Origin: Gammaproteobacteria bacterium | GTDB taxonomy: Bacteria; Pseudomonadota; Gammaproteobacteria; Steroidobacterales; Rariloculaceae | DNA length: 64,000 bases | NCBI GenBank assembly: GCA_039933105.1 | Contig: JBDTOT010000012.1 | Coordinates: forward strand, 41,202 to 105,201 | Direction: 5' to 3' | In this document: positions 38,721 through 46,778 of the stretch, in pieces | Numbering within the stretch: the first letter of the stretch is position 1 | How the letters are laid out: each line of letters opens with the position of its first letter | Program-made: the position numbers and the translations under genes | The notes under the pieces: generated by a model | Told to the model about the DNA's origin: nothing | The model's database searches: none | What the model saw: only the letters and a program-made list of their open reading frames with translations

Positions 38721-40919
38721 TTACGCGAGGGCCGCTTTCACCCGGTCGGGCGTCAACGGCAGCTCGCGGATGCGCCTGCCGGTGGCGGCTGCGAATGCAT
38801 TGGCGATGGCGGCCGCCGTCGGCCCTTGTGCAGCTTCGCCGGCACCGAGCGCACGTTCGTTCGGCCGGTCGATGAGCACAGTCTCGACTGTGGGCACGTC
38901 CGGCATGGTTAGGATTGGATAGTTCATCCAGTCCTGCGACAGAATCCCGTTGCGGTCGAATCGCACGTGCTCATGCAGGGTCCAGCTGGCCGACTGGATG
39001 ACGCCGCCTTCGATCTGGTTGGTCAGGCCGTCGGGATTGATGATCTGCCCTGCATCGGCCGAGGCCCAGATGCGCGGCACCTTGACGATGCCGGTGGTGC
39101 GATTCACTTCAACCTCCGCTATGACCGCAGTGTAGGTGGCCACCGTCTTGTAGCGCGCATAGCCGATGCCGCGGCCGCGCCGGCCGTCGCCCTTCTGGCC
39201 CGGGTCCCAAGCGGCGGCCCTGGCCACCGCCTCGATCACGGCGCGCTCGCGCTCGTCCTTGATGTGCGCGAGGCGGAACTCCACGGGGTCGATGCCGGCG
39301 GCGGCTGCGAGCTCGTCCATGAAGGACTCGATCGCGAATACGTTGGCATGGGCGCCGAGCGAGCGCAGCGCCGAGGTGCGCACCGGATTGTCCATGATCA
39401 GATGGTGCGTGGTGCGCTGGCGCGGGAAATCGTAGAGCGTGAGAGCGTTGCGGTCGCCCGCACCGTTCGGCTGCGCGGCATGGCGCGCCGGTCCGGGCCG
39501 CTTGGCATCGGCGAGGTACCAGCTCCCGAGCAGGTTGATACCGTCGGGATCACCCGGCCGGAAGTTGTGGCTCTGGCTCCAAACGTCGAAGGCCCAGTCG
39601 ACGACTCGGCCGCCGGCGACGGCGCCCTTTACCTTCATGGTCATGGCAGGGCCGTAGGGCTCCCACTTGAACTCGTCGTCACGCATCCATTGCAGCCGCA
39701 CCGGCCGCCCATCGACGGCGCGCGCCAGCATGGCGGCGTCGAAGGCGACATCGTCGGCGCCGTTGTGGCCGTAACAGCCGGCGCCTTCGGCGTGGATGCA
39801 GCGGATGTCGCTCGGCGGAAGACCGAACGCCCTGGCGAGCGTGGCACGCAGCGGAAAAACGCCCTGGCTGTGGGTCCAGACCGCAAGCTTGCCGTCCTTG
39901 AACTCGGCCACCGCGCAGGAGGGCGCGATCGCGGCATGCGCCTGATAGGGCCGATGGTACGTCGCCTCGATCACCTTGGCGTCGGCCGGCACGGGCGCGT
40001 CCTTCTCTCCGATCAGCCTGTCCTCGCTGCGCAGGGACAAGAGCTGCTCGTACATCTTCGCCGAATCGGGCAGCTCGGAGCCGCCCGACCACTTGGCGGA
40101 ACCGATCAGCACGAGCCGCGCATTGATCGCCTGCTCCTCGCGCCGCGCCACCACACCGAGAAAGCTGCCGTCACGCACCACGGCGATGACTCCCGGCATC
40201 GCATTGATTTTGGCCTCGTCGAAGCTGTCGAGCCTGGCGCCATAGCGTGGCGGCCGCACCACGCGGCCATGCAGCATGCCGGGAAGCCGCAAGTCCTGCA
40301 CAAAGGCGGCGCCGCCCGTCATCTTGGCCGGGATGTCGCGGCGCGGGATGCTGCGGCCGACTATCGCGTGCTGCGCGGGTGGTTTCGGCTTCGCCTGGGC
40401 CGAGGCCTCGCGATTAAAGTTCGCGTCGCGCGCGAGTTCCCAGTAGGTCACCGACCCTGCGCCGGTCACCGTTCCGTCCGTCACGTTCAGGCTGGCGACG
40501 GCGACGCCGAGCTTCGCGGCGGCCAGCTTGAGCAAGATCTGGCGCGCCTCTGCGCAGGCGAACCGCAGTGCCGTACCGCTGTTCTCGACCGACAGGCTGC
40601 CGGCGGTCTGCCCTTCGTTGGGCGTGCGCGCCGTATCGGCCGAGACTATCTCGACGCGCTCGTACGCGACATCCAGCTCTTCCGCCGCTATCTGCGCAAG
40701 CGCGGTCAAGATGCCCTGGCCGAACTCGCATTTGCCGGTGAACACCGTGATCGTGCCGGCCGCGTTGACGCGGATCCAGCCGTCCAGCATGCGGTTGGTG
40801 CCGAGGCTGCCGGGAAGAGCGGGACGCGCCGCAGCTTGAGCGAAGACCGTCGGCACGCTCCAGCTGAAAGCGACGACGACGCCGGCGGACTTCAGAAAGT
40901 CGCGGCGTTTGGTATTCAT
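38721..40919 (-). CDS. Xanthine dehydrogenase-family Mo-binding subunit (IorB/nicotinate dehydrogenase B-like) with Tat signal
   Basis: KRRDFLK; GKCEFGQG, QIEGG, GAGEAAQGP..AIANA. Confidence 0.9.
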   Translation of the reverse strand: MNTKRRDFLKSAGVVVAFSWSVPTVFAQAAARPALPGSLGTNRMLDGWIRVNAAGTITVFTGKCEFGQGILTALAQIAAEELDVAYERVEIVSADTARTPNEGQTAGSLSVENSGTALRFACAEARQILLKLAAAKLGVAVASLNVTDGTVTGAGSVTYWELARDANFNREASAQAKPKPPAQHAIVGRSIPRRDIPAKMTGGAAFVQDLRLPGMLHGRVVRPPRYGARLDSFDEAKINAMPGVIAVVRDGSFLGVVARREEQAINARLVLIGSAKWSGGSELPDSAKMYEQLLSLRSEDRLIGEKDAPVPADAKVIEATYHRPYQAHAAIAPSCAVAEFKDGKLAVWTHSQGVFPLRATLARAFGLPPSDIRCIHAEGAGCYGHNGADDVAFDAAMLARAVDGRPVRLQWMRDDEFKWEPYGPAMTMKVKGAVAGGRVVDWAFDVWSQSHNFRPGDPDGINLLGSWYLADAKRPGPARHAAQPNGAGDRNALTLYDFPRQRTTHHLIMDNPVRTSALRSLGAHANVFAIESFMDELAAAAGIDPVEFRLAHIKDERERAVIEAVARAAAWDPGQKGDGRRGRGIGYARYKTVATYTAVIAEVEVNRTTGIVKVPRIWASADAGQIINPDGLTNQIEGGVIQSASWTLHEHVRFDRNGILSQDWMNYPILTMPDVPTVETVLIDRPNERALGAGEAAQGPTAAAIANAFAAATGRRIRELPLTPDRVKAALA

Positions 40920-41377
40920 GACGATCCCTTTGCGGCGCGTAGCACCGCGCGGATGATCCGGTTGTGGGTACCGCAGCGGCAGAGATTGTCGGCAAGCGCT
41001 GCCCGCACGTCCGCCTCCCGCGGTTGCGGATTGCGATTGAGCAGGTCGGCCGCCGTCATGATCATCCCGCTCGCGCAATAGCCGCACTGGGCCGCCTGTT
41101 CATCGATGAAGGCCTTCTGCAGCGGGTGAGGCTTGTCGAGCGTGCCGAGCCCTTCGAGCGTGGTCACCTCGTTGCCTTCGATCGAGCCGACCGGCGTCAC
41201 GCAGGAGCGAGTCGCCGCGCCGTTGATCAGCACCGTGCAGGCGCCGCATTGCGTCATGCCGCAGCCGTATTTGGCGCCATTGAGCTCGAGATCGTTGCGC
41301 AGCACGTAGAGCAGCGGCGTGTCCGGCTCGGCATCGACCGAGTGGGTCGCACCGTTGACCTTCAAGCTGATTGGCAT
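40916..41377 (-). CDS. (2Fe-2S)-binding small subunit (IorA-like)
   Basis: GCGMTQCGACTV, QCGYC, NLCRCG. Confidence 0.93.
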   Translation of the reverse strand: MPISLKVNGATHSVDAEPDTPLLYVLRNDLELNGAKYGCGMTQCGACTVLINGAATRSCVTPVGSIEGNEVTTLEGLGTLDKPHPLQKAFIDEQAAQCGYCASGMIMTAADLLNRNPQPREADVRAALADNLCRCGTHNRIIRAVLRAAKGSS

Positions 41378-41398
41378 TGTGGGTCTCCTCGTAGGGCA

Positions 41399-42238
41399 CT
41401 AGAGCATTGCGAGCGGCTCCGCAGCCGTCGGCGGCGGAAAAGCCCGATCGATTTCAGCCAAGTCGTCGCTGGTCAGCGTAAGGTCGAGCGCCGCACGGTT
41501 GTCGCGCACATGCGCCTCGCTCGACGCTTTCGGTATCACGATCACGTTCGGCTGCCTGAGCAACCACGCGAGAGCGATGCGCGAGGGCGTAGCGTCGTGA
41601 CGCGCGGCGATCGTCGCGAGCGTCGCGTGCTTGCGCAGCCGCGCAGAGTCGCTGCCCAGTGGCGAGTACGCCATGATCGGCACGCCGCGCTCGCAGCAAC
41701 GCGGCAGCAGATCCCACTCGATGCCGCGCTCTTCGAGGTTGTAGAGCACCTGGTTCGCCGCGATTACGGTGCCATGTCGCAGCGACCAGGCTTCCTCGAG
41801 GTCTGCGCAGTCGAAGTTGCTCACGCCGAAGTGTCGAATCGCGCCGCGCTGCTGCAGCTCCGCGAACGCATCGAGCGTGTCCTCGAGCGCGTAGCCACCG
41901 CGCCAGTGCAACAAGTACAGATCGAGGTAATCCGTGCGCAGCCGCGCAAGGCTCTGCTCGCAGGCCTCGATCGTGCCGCGACGCGACGCGTTCGTCGGCA
42001 GTACCTTGCTCACGACGTAGACGCTCTCGCGCCGTCCCGCGATCGCCTCGGCGACGAGCTCTTCCGATCCGCCGCTGCCATACATCTCGGCCGTGTCAAT
42101 GAGGGTGAGCCCGAGCTCGATACCGACTTCGAGCGCGCGGAGCTCCTCGGCATGGCGGCGTCTGCTGTCGCCCATGCGCCATGCTCCTTGGCCCAAACGC
42201 GGAACGGCAGCGCCGGAGGGGATACGAAACGCGTTCAT
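41399..42238 (-). CDS. Aldo/keto reductase
   Basis: LGQGAW, IDTAEMYG, DLYLLHW, GVSNF, AYSPL, IPKAS. Confidence 0.93.
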   Translation of the reverse strand: MNAFRIPSGAAVPRLGQGAWRMGDSRRRHAEELRALEVGIELGLTLIDTAEMYGSGGSEELVAEAIAGRRESVYVVSKVLPTNASRRGTIEACEQSLARLRTDYLDLYLLHWRGGYALEDTLDAFAELQQRGAIRHFGVSNFDCADLEEAWSLRHGTVIAANQVLYNLEERGIEWDLLPRCCERGVPIMAYSPLGSDSARLRKHATLATIAARHDATPSRIALAWLLRQPNVIVIPKASSEAHVRDNRAALDLTLTSDDLAEIDRAFPPPTAAEPLAML

Positions 42239-42303
42239 CGTGCGACCGTACGCGATGGATGCCCGAGTGTCACGGCCATTGCGGATGCTGGAGGGCGAGA
42301 AGA

Positions 42304-42317
42304 ATTGGCGCGCCCGG
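42304..42317. repeat. 14-bp duplicate of the tRNA-Arg 3' end (candidate att site)
   Basis: ATTGGCGCGCCCGG identical to 45524-45537; both followed shortly by GAACCGC. Confidence 0.55.
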
Positions 42318-42556
42318 TGGAACCGCGAGACGCTCGCCGAGGATCAGCTCGGCGTCGTCCGCTTTGAGCCGCTCCTCGGGACGACCACCGGATTGTCCAC
42401 CGGCACGATGAACTGGAAGCGCGGCGGAGGGGGCGGACGGGGCAGTCTCGCGTTCGCGACACGCGGGTCGCGATAACGGGACGGCCGCGCGTCGGGGCAC
42501 TCACTCACGATGTCGCCGCGCCAACGAAATTAGGCGCCTGCGCGACACGTCGTGCA

Positions 42557-42572
42557 TGGCACGGCGCTTGCT
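42557..42572 (+). promoter_or_regulatory. Sigma-54 promoter
   Basis: TGGCAC-GGCGC-TTGCT, 38 bp before the 42611 ATG. Confidence 0.75.
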
Positions 42573-42610
42573 CTCCTCGTGGCACGGATCGAATCCGCAG
42601 GAGAAGTTCG

Positions 42611-43117
42611 ATGAAGAAGATCCCCACAGGCATCGCCTGCGCGCTGCTGCTCTGCGCAACGGGCGTTACGGCGCAAGTGCCACGAGTGCTCGGCATCTGG
42701 GAATTCGACCCGCAGGCCTCTGAGCTACCGAAGGGCTTTCTGCTCGCGTCCGAAACGCGCAGCTACGATCTGCGGGACGACGGTTACGTGGTCAACGTGG
42801 TGATTCGCAAATTGGCGAACGGACACCCTGACTTCATCCAGGTTGTTTCGAAGAGCGACGGCAAGGACTACCCGCAGTATTCATCGTTTCCGCTCGCCGA
42901 GTTCCAGATCAGCAGCACGAAGACACCCGCCACGTACTCCGAAACCGTGCTCGACGAGCACGCAGTCAACGTCGTCGCGAAGTACGGCGACCGCGTCATC
43001 AATAAAGGTGTGCGACGCGTGGCGCCAGACGGCAAGACGATGCGGATCGACGTCACGGCCATCGATCAGAACGGTAAGGAGACGCCATTCTTTCTGGTCT
43101 TCAACAAAGTCAGGTAA
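42611..43117 (+). CDS. Hypothetical exported beta-rich protein
   Basis: AGGAGAAG RBS, signal peptide, LGIWEFDPQAS, DGKDYP, APDGKTMRI. Confidence 0.8.
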   Translation: MKKIPTGIACALLLCATGVTAQVPRVLGIWEFDPQASELPKGFLLASETRSYDLRDDGYVVNVVIRKLANGHPDFIQVVSKSDGKDYPQYSSFPLAEFQISSTKTPATYSETVLDEHAVNVVAKYGDRVINKGVRRVAPDGKTMRIDVTAIDQNGKETPFFLVFNKVR

Positions 43118-43230
43118 ATCGCCCCTCGCTTCGGCTCGCGGCGAGATCGATGAACGCCCGCAGCTTCGCCGACAGGAGCCGCAACGTGGGATACATTCAT
43201 GCGCAATCGGCGCGTGGAACGTCGGCTGCC
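43110..43230 (-). pseudogene. C-terminal remnant of a LysR-type regulator
   Basis: 43196-43110 reads MYPTLRLLSAKLRAFIDLAASRSEGRFT*, matching the LysR tail pattern YPxxRxLSAKxRAFID; upstream frame broken. Confidence 0.6.
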
Positions 43231-43372
43231 GGGGACGCGGACGTTTCACGCGACGTTTTCGGACACGCCACGATCGCCTACTTCGGTCAAGGGCGCCGAT
43301 GCCGCCGGCCGGCTGCCGCTGCTCACGTACGACGCGCCGCTCACGCTGCGCGCGAACGGCAAGGAAGTCGGT

Positions 43373-44116
43373 TCAGTAAGGCGGCCCGACCGCAACCCGC
43401 TTCCCGGTCACCGTGCGGCTCTCCGCCATGTCGATCACCGCGATCGCGAAATCCTGTCGAGAGATGTACGTCTCGCCTTTTCGATCGACAAGCTCGTCCT
43501 GGTTGCCGAGCCGAAATCGTCCCGTGTATTGGCCCCGCTCCTGAATCGAACCGGTATTTGCGGACATCACGGTCCAGTCGAAACCCGTCGAATGCTGGTA
43601 CGCCTCCATCGCGAGCCAGTGGCCCTGCGCCGCAGCGTACCTCTCGGTGCCTGGTGGGAACGTATCCATGATGCGTACACCCTTCCGGTAGAGCGTCACA
43701 CCGCCGCCGATCTGTATGACATACGGGGTCGCTTTGCCGAGCCGGGAGGCCGCTTTGATGTAGGCCGTCGCAGCTCGAAACGTCACGGCCTCCTGCGGCG
43801 TGTTACCGGGCCCGACGCCGCGGACGGAAATCACGACGACGTCCGCGCCCCGGACGGTCGTTACGATGGAATCCGGATCGGTGGCGTCGCCGGACGCAGC
43901 GGTAAAGCGAGGGTTGTCGAATTTGAGGCTCTTAGGGTCGCGTGAAACGCCGATGACCTCGTGACCCCGGCTCAGCGCTTCCTCGACGATCACGCGGCCG
44001 ACACCGCCGCTCGCGCCGTAGACGACGATCCTGTCAGCCAGCGCGTCTCGCACGAACGGCCCAACGAGGCTCAGAACGACGCCGGTAGCGAGCGTGCGCA
44101 TGAATCCCAATCGCAT
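43373..44116 (-). CDS. NAD(P)H-binding oxidoreductase (YwnB/flavin-reductase-like) with signal-like N-terminus
   Basis: IVVYGASGGVG, RGHEV, IGGG, DWT, ISRQDFAIAV. Confidence 0.85.
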   Translation of the reverse strand: MRLGFMRTLATGVVLSLVGPFVRDALADRIVVYGASGGVGRVIVEEALSRGHEVIGVSRDPKSLKFDNPRFTAASGDATDPDSIVTTVRGADVVVISVRGVGPGNTPQEAVTFRAATAYIKAASRLGKATPYVIQIGGGVTLYRKGVRIMDTFPPGTERYAAAQGHWLAMEAYQHSTGFDWTVMSANTGSIQERGQYTGRFRLGNQDELVDRKGETYISRQDFAIAVIDMAESRTVTGKRVAVGPPY

Positions 44117-44326
44117 GTCTTGAGCTCCCGCGGCTGTTGTCAGTGCTGTACACGTACAGAGAGCAGACGTTAGCACGGACTCGAATCCGAACGTCCGTTC
44201 CGCGCGTTCCTGGTCTTCAAGAGAATTGGGTAAATCGCCACTGGCTGCGGCTCGCAGCAAGATCTTCGAGCGGCACGTTGATTTCGGGACCCGCGCTCGA
44301 CGTAAGCGCTACTAGCAGGCTTCCCG

Positions 44327-44620
44327 CTACGCGTGCAAAGCCTCCAGCGCCGACTTCGGATTGGACGCCACGATCTTCAGGAGCGCCCGTGCTGGGCCCG
44401 TGGGACGCGTTCGGCGCTGCTCCCAGTTCTGCAGCGTGCGCAGGTTGACGCCAATCAATTTTGCGAATTTGGACTGGCTAATGTCGGCCGCCCTGCGTAT
44501 GGCCCGAACGTCGGGATCAGCGACTACTGTCGCCCGCGCGCCGCGGATCGACTTACCGGCCATGTGCCGTTTCATCTCGCGGACGCCCTTCACCAATTGA
44601 TCGAAATGTTGCTTATCCAT
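44327..44620 (-). CDS. higA: XRE-HTH antitoxin (HigA-like)
   Basis: DVRAIR..ISQSKFAKLIGVNLRTLQNWEQ..PTGPARALL. Confidence 0.85.
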   Translation of the reverse strand: MDKQHFDQLVKGVREMKRHMAGKSIRGARATVVADPDVRAIRRAADISQSKFAKLIGVNLRTLQNWEQRRTRPTGPARALLKIVASNPKSALEALHA

Positions 44621-44933
44621 CATCGATGTCCTTCATTAAGTCTCGCAGCGCTTTGAGCTGGTGCGCGGTCAAGTCTTCGCTTCTGCTCTTAACGTAGCCG
44701 TAGATCAGATAGATTCGATCGCCGGGTACATGCCAGTAATAGATCACTCGTGCGCCGCCTCGTTTCCCCCGCCCCTGCGCCGACCAGCGCAGTTTCCGAA
44801 GCCCAGCACTACCGCGGATCAAATCGCCCGCATCGGGTGCCACGAGCAGGACATTCTGCATTGCCCGGAGGTCTTCGTCGGTCCAGTATTCCTTGCGGAA
44901 CGCCACAAACGGCGTCAACTCGACGAAGACCAT
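44613..44933 (-). CDS. higB: RelE-fold toxin (HigB-2-like)
   Basis: FVELTPF, GDLIRGSAGLRKLRW, GKRGGARVIYY; toxin-first gene order. Confidence 0.85.
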   Translation of the reverse strand: MVFVELTPFVAFRKEYWTDEDLRAMQNVLLVAPDAGDLIRGSAGLRKLRWSAQGRGKRGGARVIYYWHVPGDRIYLIYGYVKSRSEDLTAHQLKALRDLMKDIDDG

Positions 44934-44940
44934 GGTTCAA

Positions 44941-44963
44941 TATACGCGTATAGCGTATACGCT
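44941..44963. promoter_or_regulatory. Overlapping palindromes, probable TA autoregulatory operator
   Basis: TATACGC-N5-GCGTATA (44941-44959), TATACGCGTATA, AGCGTATACGCT (44952-44963), 7 bp upstream of the toxin ATG. Confidence 0.65.
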
Positions 44964-45099
44964 GCACGCGTACAGCATAAATGAGATGGCTCCCCGCGAC
45001 AGCTTCAGCGCGAGACCATCCCCCAAGCGGCAGCAACTACTAAAGGGCGAAGGGCCGACCAGCGGTAACAGTGGGGAACTTCAAGCGCTCGGTGGGCGC

Positions 45100-45465
45100 C
45101 TACTTAGGCACCACTCGTTCCTGACGGACGACGCGCGCCTTGATCGTCTTCCCGCTCGGGACGACCAAGTAGAGCCACTTGCCGTCGACACGTGCTTGCA
45201 CCATGTCGCCCACGACGAGCTGTGAGGCGGCTTTCGGTCCGCTCGGGTTCGCCGTGTAGTACTGCGCCGTGATCTTCAGGCCGGCGATGAGCACCGTGAC
45301 GGTGCTCTGGGGCACTCCGACGACGCCGCCCGTTCCGTTGGCGAGCAACTCGTTCTGAGTGCCAGCGTCAACGATGGTCGCGGGTTGGAAGTCGTCAGCG
45401 AATCCGGCGAACGCGAGCACTGTGCCCGCGATCAACACCGAAGCGACGACGGGGCGGCGGATCAC
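45100..45465 (-). CDS. Hypothetical exported protein
   Basis: basic + hydrophobic signal ending GFA-DD; beta-rich body; GTG start at 45465 preferred over TTG at 45501. Confidence 0.6.
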   Translation of the reverse strand: MIRRPVVASVLIAGTVLAFAGFADDFQPATIVDAGTQNELLANGTGGVVGVPQSTVTVLIAGLKITAQYYTANPSGPKAASQLVVGDMVQARVDGKWLYLVVPSGKTIKARVVRQERVVPK

Positions 45466-45525
45466 GGGGCGGAAGTCTACGAAAAAAGCAGGCTGAGCCA
45501 AAGGCAGTTTCTAACTCATTGATAT

Positions 45526-45602
45526 TGGCGCGCCCGGACGGATTCGAACCGCCGACCCTCGGCTTCGTAGGCCGATGCTCTATCCAGCTGAGCTACGGGC
45601 GC
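45526..45602 (-). tRNA. tRNA-Arg (ACG)
   Basis: GCGCCCGTAGCTCAGCTGGATAGAGCATCGGCCT-ACG-AAGCCGAGGGTCGGCGGTTCGAATCCGTCCGGGCGCGCCA; cloverleaf, encoded CCA. Confidence 0.97.
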
Positions 45603-45689
45603 GTTTTGTGGCTGATTGCCAAGTGGAGCGCTTCTTGAATTCGAGGTGCGCTCCGGGCCGGCATTCTACCGCAACCGGCCGCCCCCGCT

Positions 45690-46778
45690 TCAAGTTTTCT
45701 CGCGCTCCACGTACTGGCGGAGGAGCCGCCTGCCCAGACCCGTCAGGATCTCGTAGCTGATGGTGCCGGCCGTTTCGGCGACCTCGTCGAGGCCTACCGT
45801 AGGGCCGATCAGCTCCACGAAATCGCCCGCCCGCACGGAGTCGCGCGGCAGCGCCGAGATGTCGACGCAAATGAGATCCATCGATACGCGACCCACTACC
45901 GGCACGCGCTGGCCGTTCACCGCGGCGGCGGCGCGATTGCCGAGGCTGCGCGGGTAGCCGTCGGCGTAGCCGGCGCCCACTACGGCGAGTCGCGCCGGCG
46001 GCTTGGCAACGTACGTCGCGCCATAGCCCACGGGCACCGCGTCCTCGATCTCGCGGATCTGGAGGACGGGCGCCATGAAAGTGACGACCGCGGCCATGGG
46101 ATTCGGTCGTCCGACAAACGGGTTGCCGCCGTACAGCGCCACGCCGGGCCGGACGAGATCCCCGCGATGAGCCGCGTCGATGAACGTGGCTGCGGAGTTG
46201 CCGATGCAGGTCCTCGCGGGCGGCAGCAACCGCCGCAGCTCGTCGAACAATTTCACCTGCGCACGGTTCTGCGGATGCTCGGTCTCGTCGGCGCACGCGA
46301 GATGCGTGAGCACGTACTCGAGGTCGATACCTTCGAGTAACTCCGGCCGGCTAGCGAGCACGCGCACGTCGGCGGTGCTCAAGCCGAGCCGCGTCATGCC
46401 GGTGTCGATGTGCAGCAGCGCACGCCCATGGCCACGCCAGCGCTCGACCTGCTCGAGCGAGGACAGGACGGGTGTCGCGTGCAGCGCGACGAGCTCGTCG
46501 ACGGCTGCAAGCACAGCGCCTTCGAGCACGTAAATCGAAACGTCGGGTGCCAGCGCGCGCAGCTCGGCAACCTCGGCCAACGTCGCGACGAAGAATTTGC
46601 GGCAGCCTTCGCGCAGCAATCGCCGCGCGACACCGACCGTGCCGAGGCCATAGCCGTCCGCCTTTACGACAGCGGCGCAGTCGGCTGGCGCGGCCTGCTC
46701 GCGGAGCAGCCGGTAGTTCTGCGCCAGTGCGTCCAAGTCGATGCGCAAGAACGCCGCGGTGGGTGTCTCAAGCTGCAT
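45690..46778 (-). CDS. alr: Alanine racemase
   Basis: AVVKADGYGLG PLP lysine, HIDTGMTRLG, GYADG, GRVSMD, GTISYE. Confidence 0.95.
   Translation of the reverse strand: MQLETPTAAFLRIDLDALAQNYRLLREQAAPADCAAVVKADGYGLGTVGVARRLLREGCRKFFVATLAEVAELRALAPDVSIYVLEGAVLAAVDELVALHATPVLSSLEQVERWRGHGRALLHIDTGMTRLGLSTADVRVLASRPELLEGIDLEYVLTHLACADETEHPQNRAQVKLFDELRRLLPPARTCIGNSAATFIDAAHRGDLVRPGVALYGGNPFVGRPNPMAAVVTFMAPVLQIREIEDAVPVGYGATYVAKPPARLAVVGAGYADGYPRSLGNRAAAAVNGQRVPVVGRVSMDLICVDISALPRDSVRAGDFVELIGPTVGLDEVAETAGTISYEILTGLGRRLLRQYVEREKT

Noticed and set aside
38967-42367. 704-aa and 467-aa plus-strand ORFs
   Set aside because: Shadows of the Mo-oxidoreductase, Fe-S and AKR genes.
42235-42504. Short ORFs between the AKR gene and the sigma-54 promoter
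   Set aside because: No RBS or motif; region contains the candidate att junction and looks like scar sequence.
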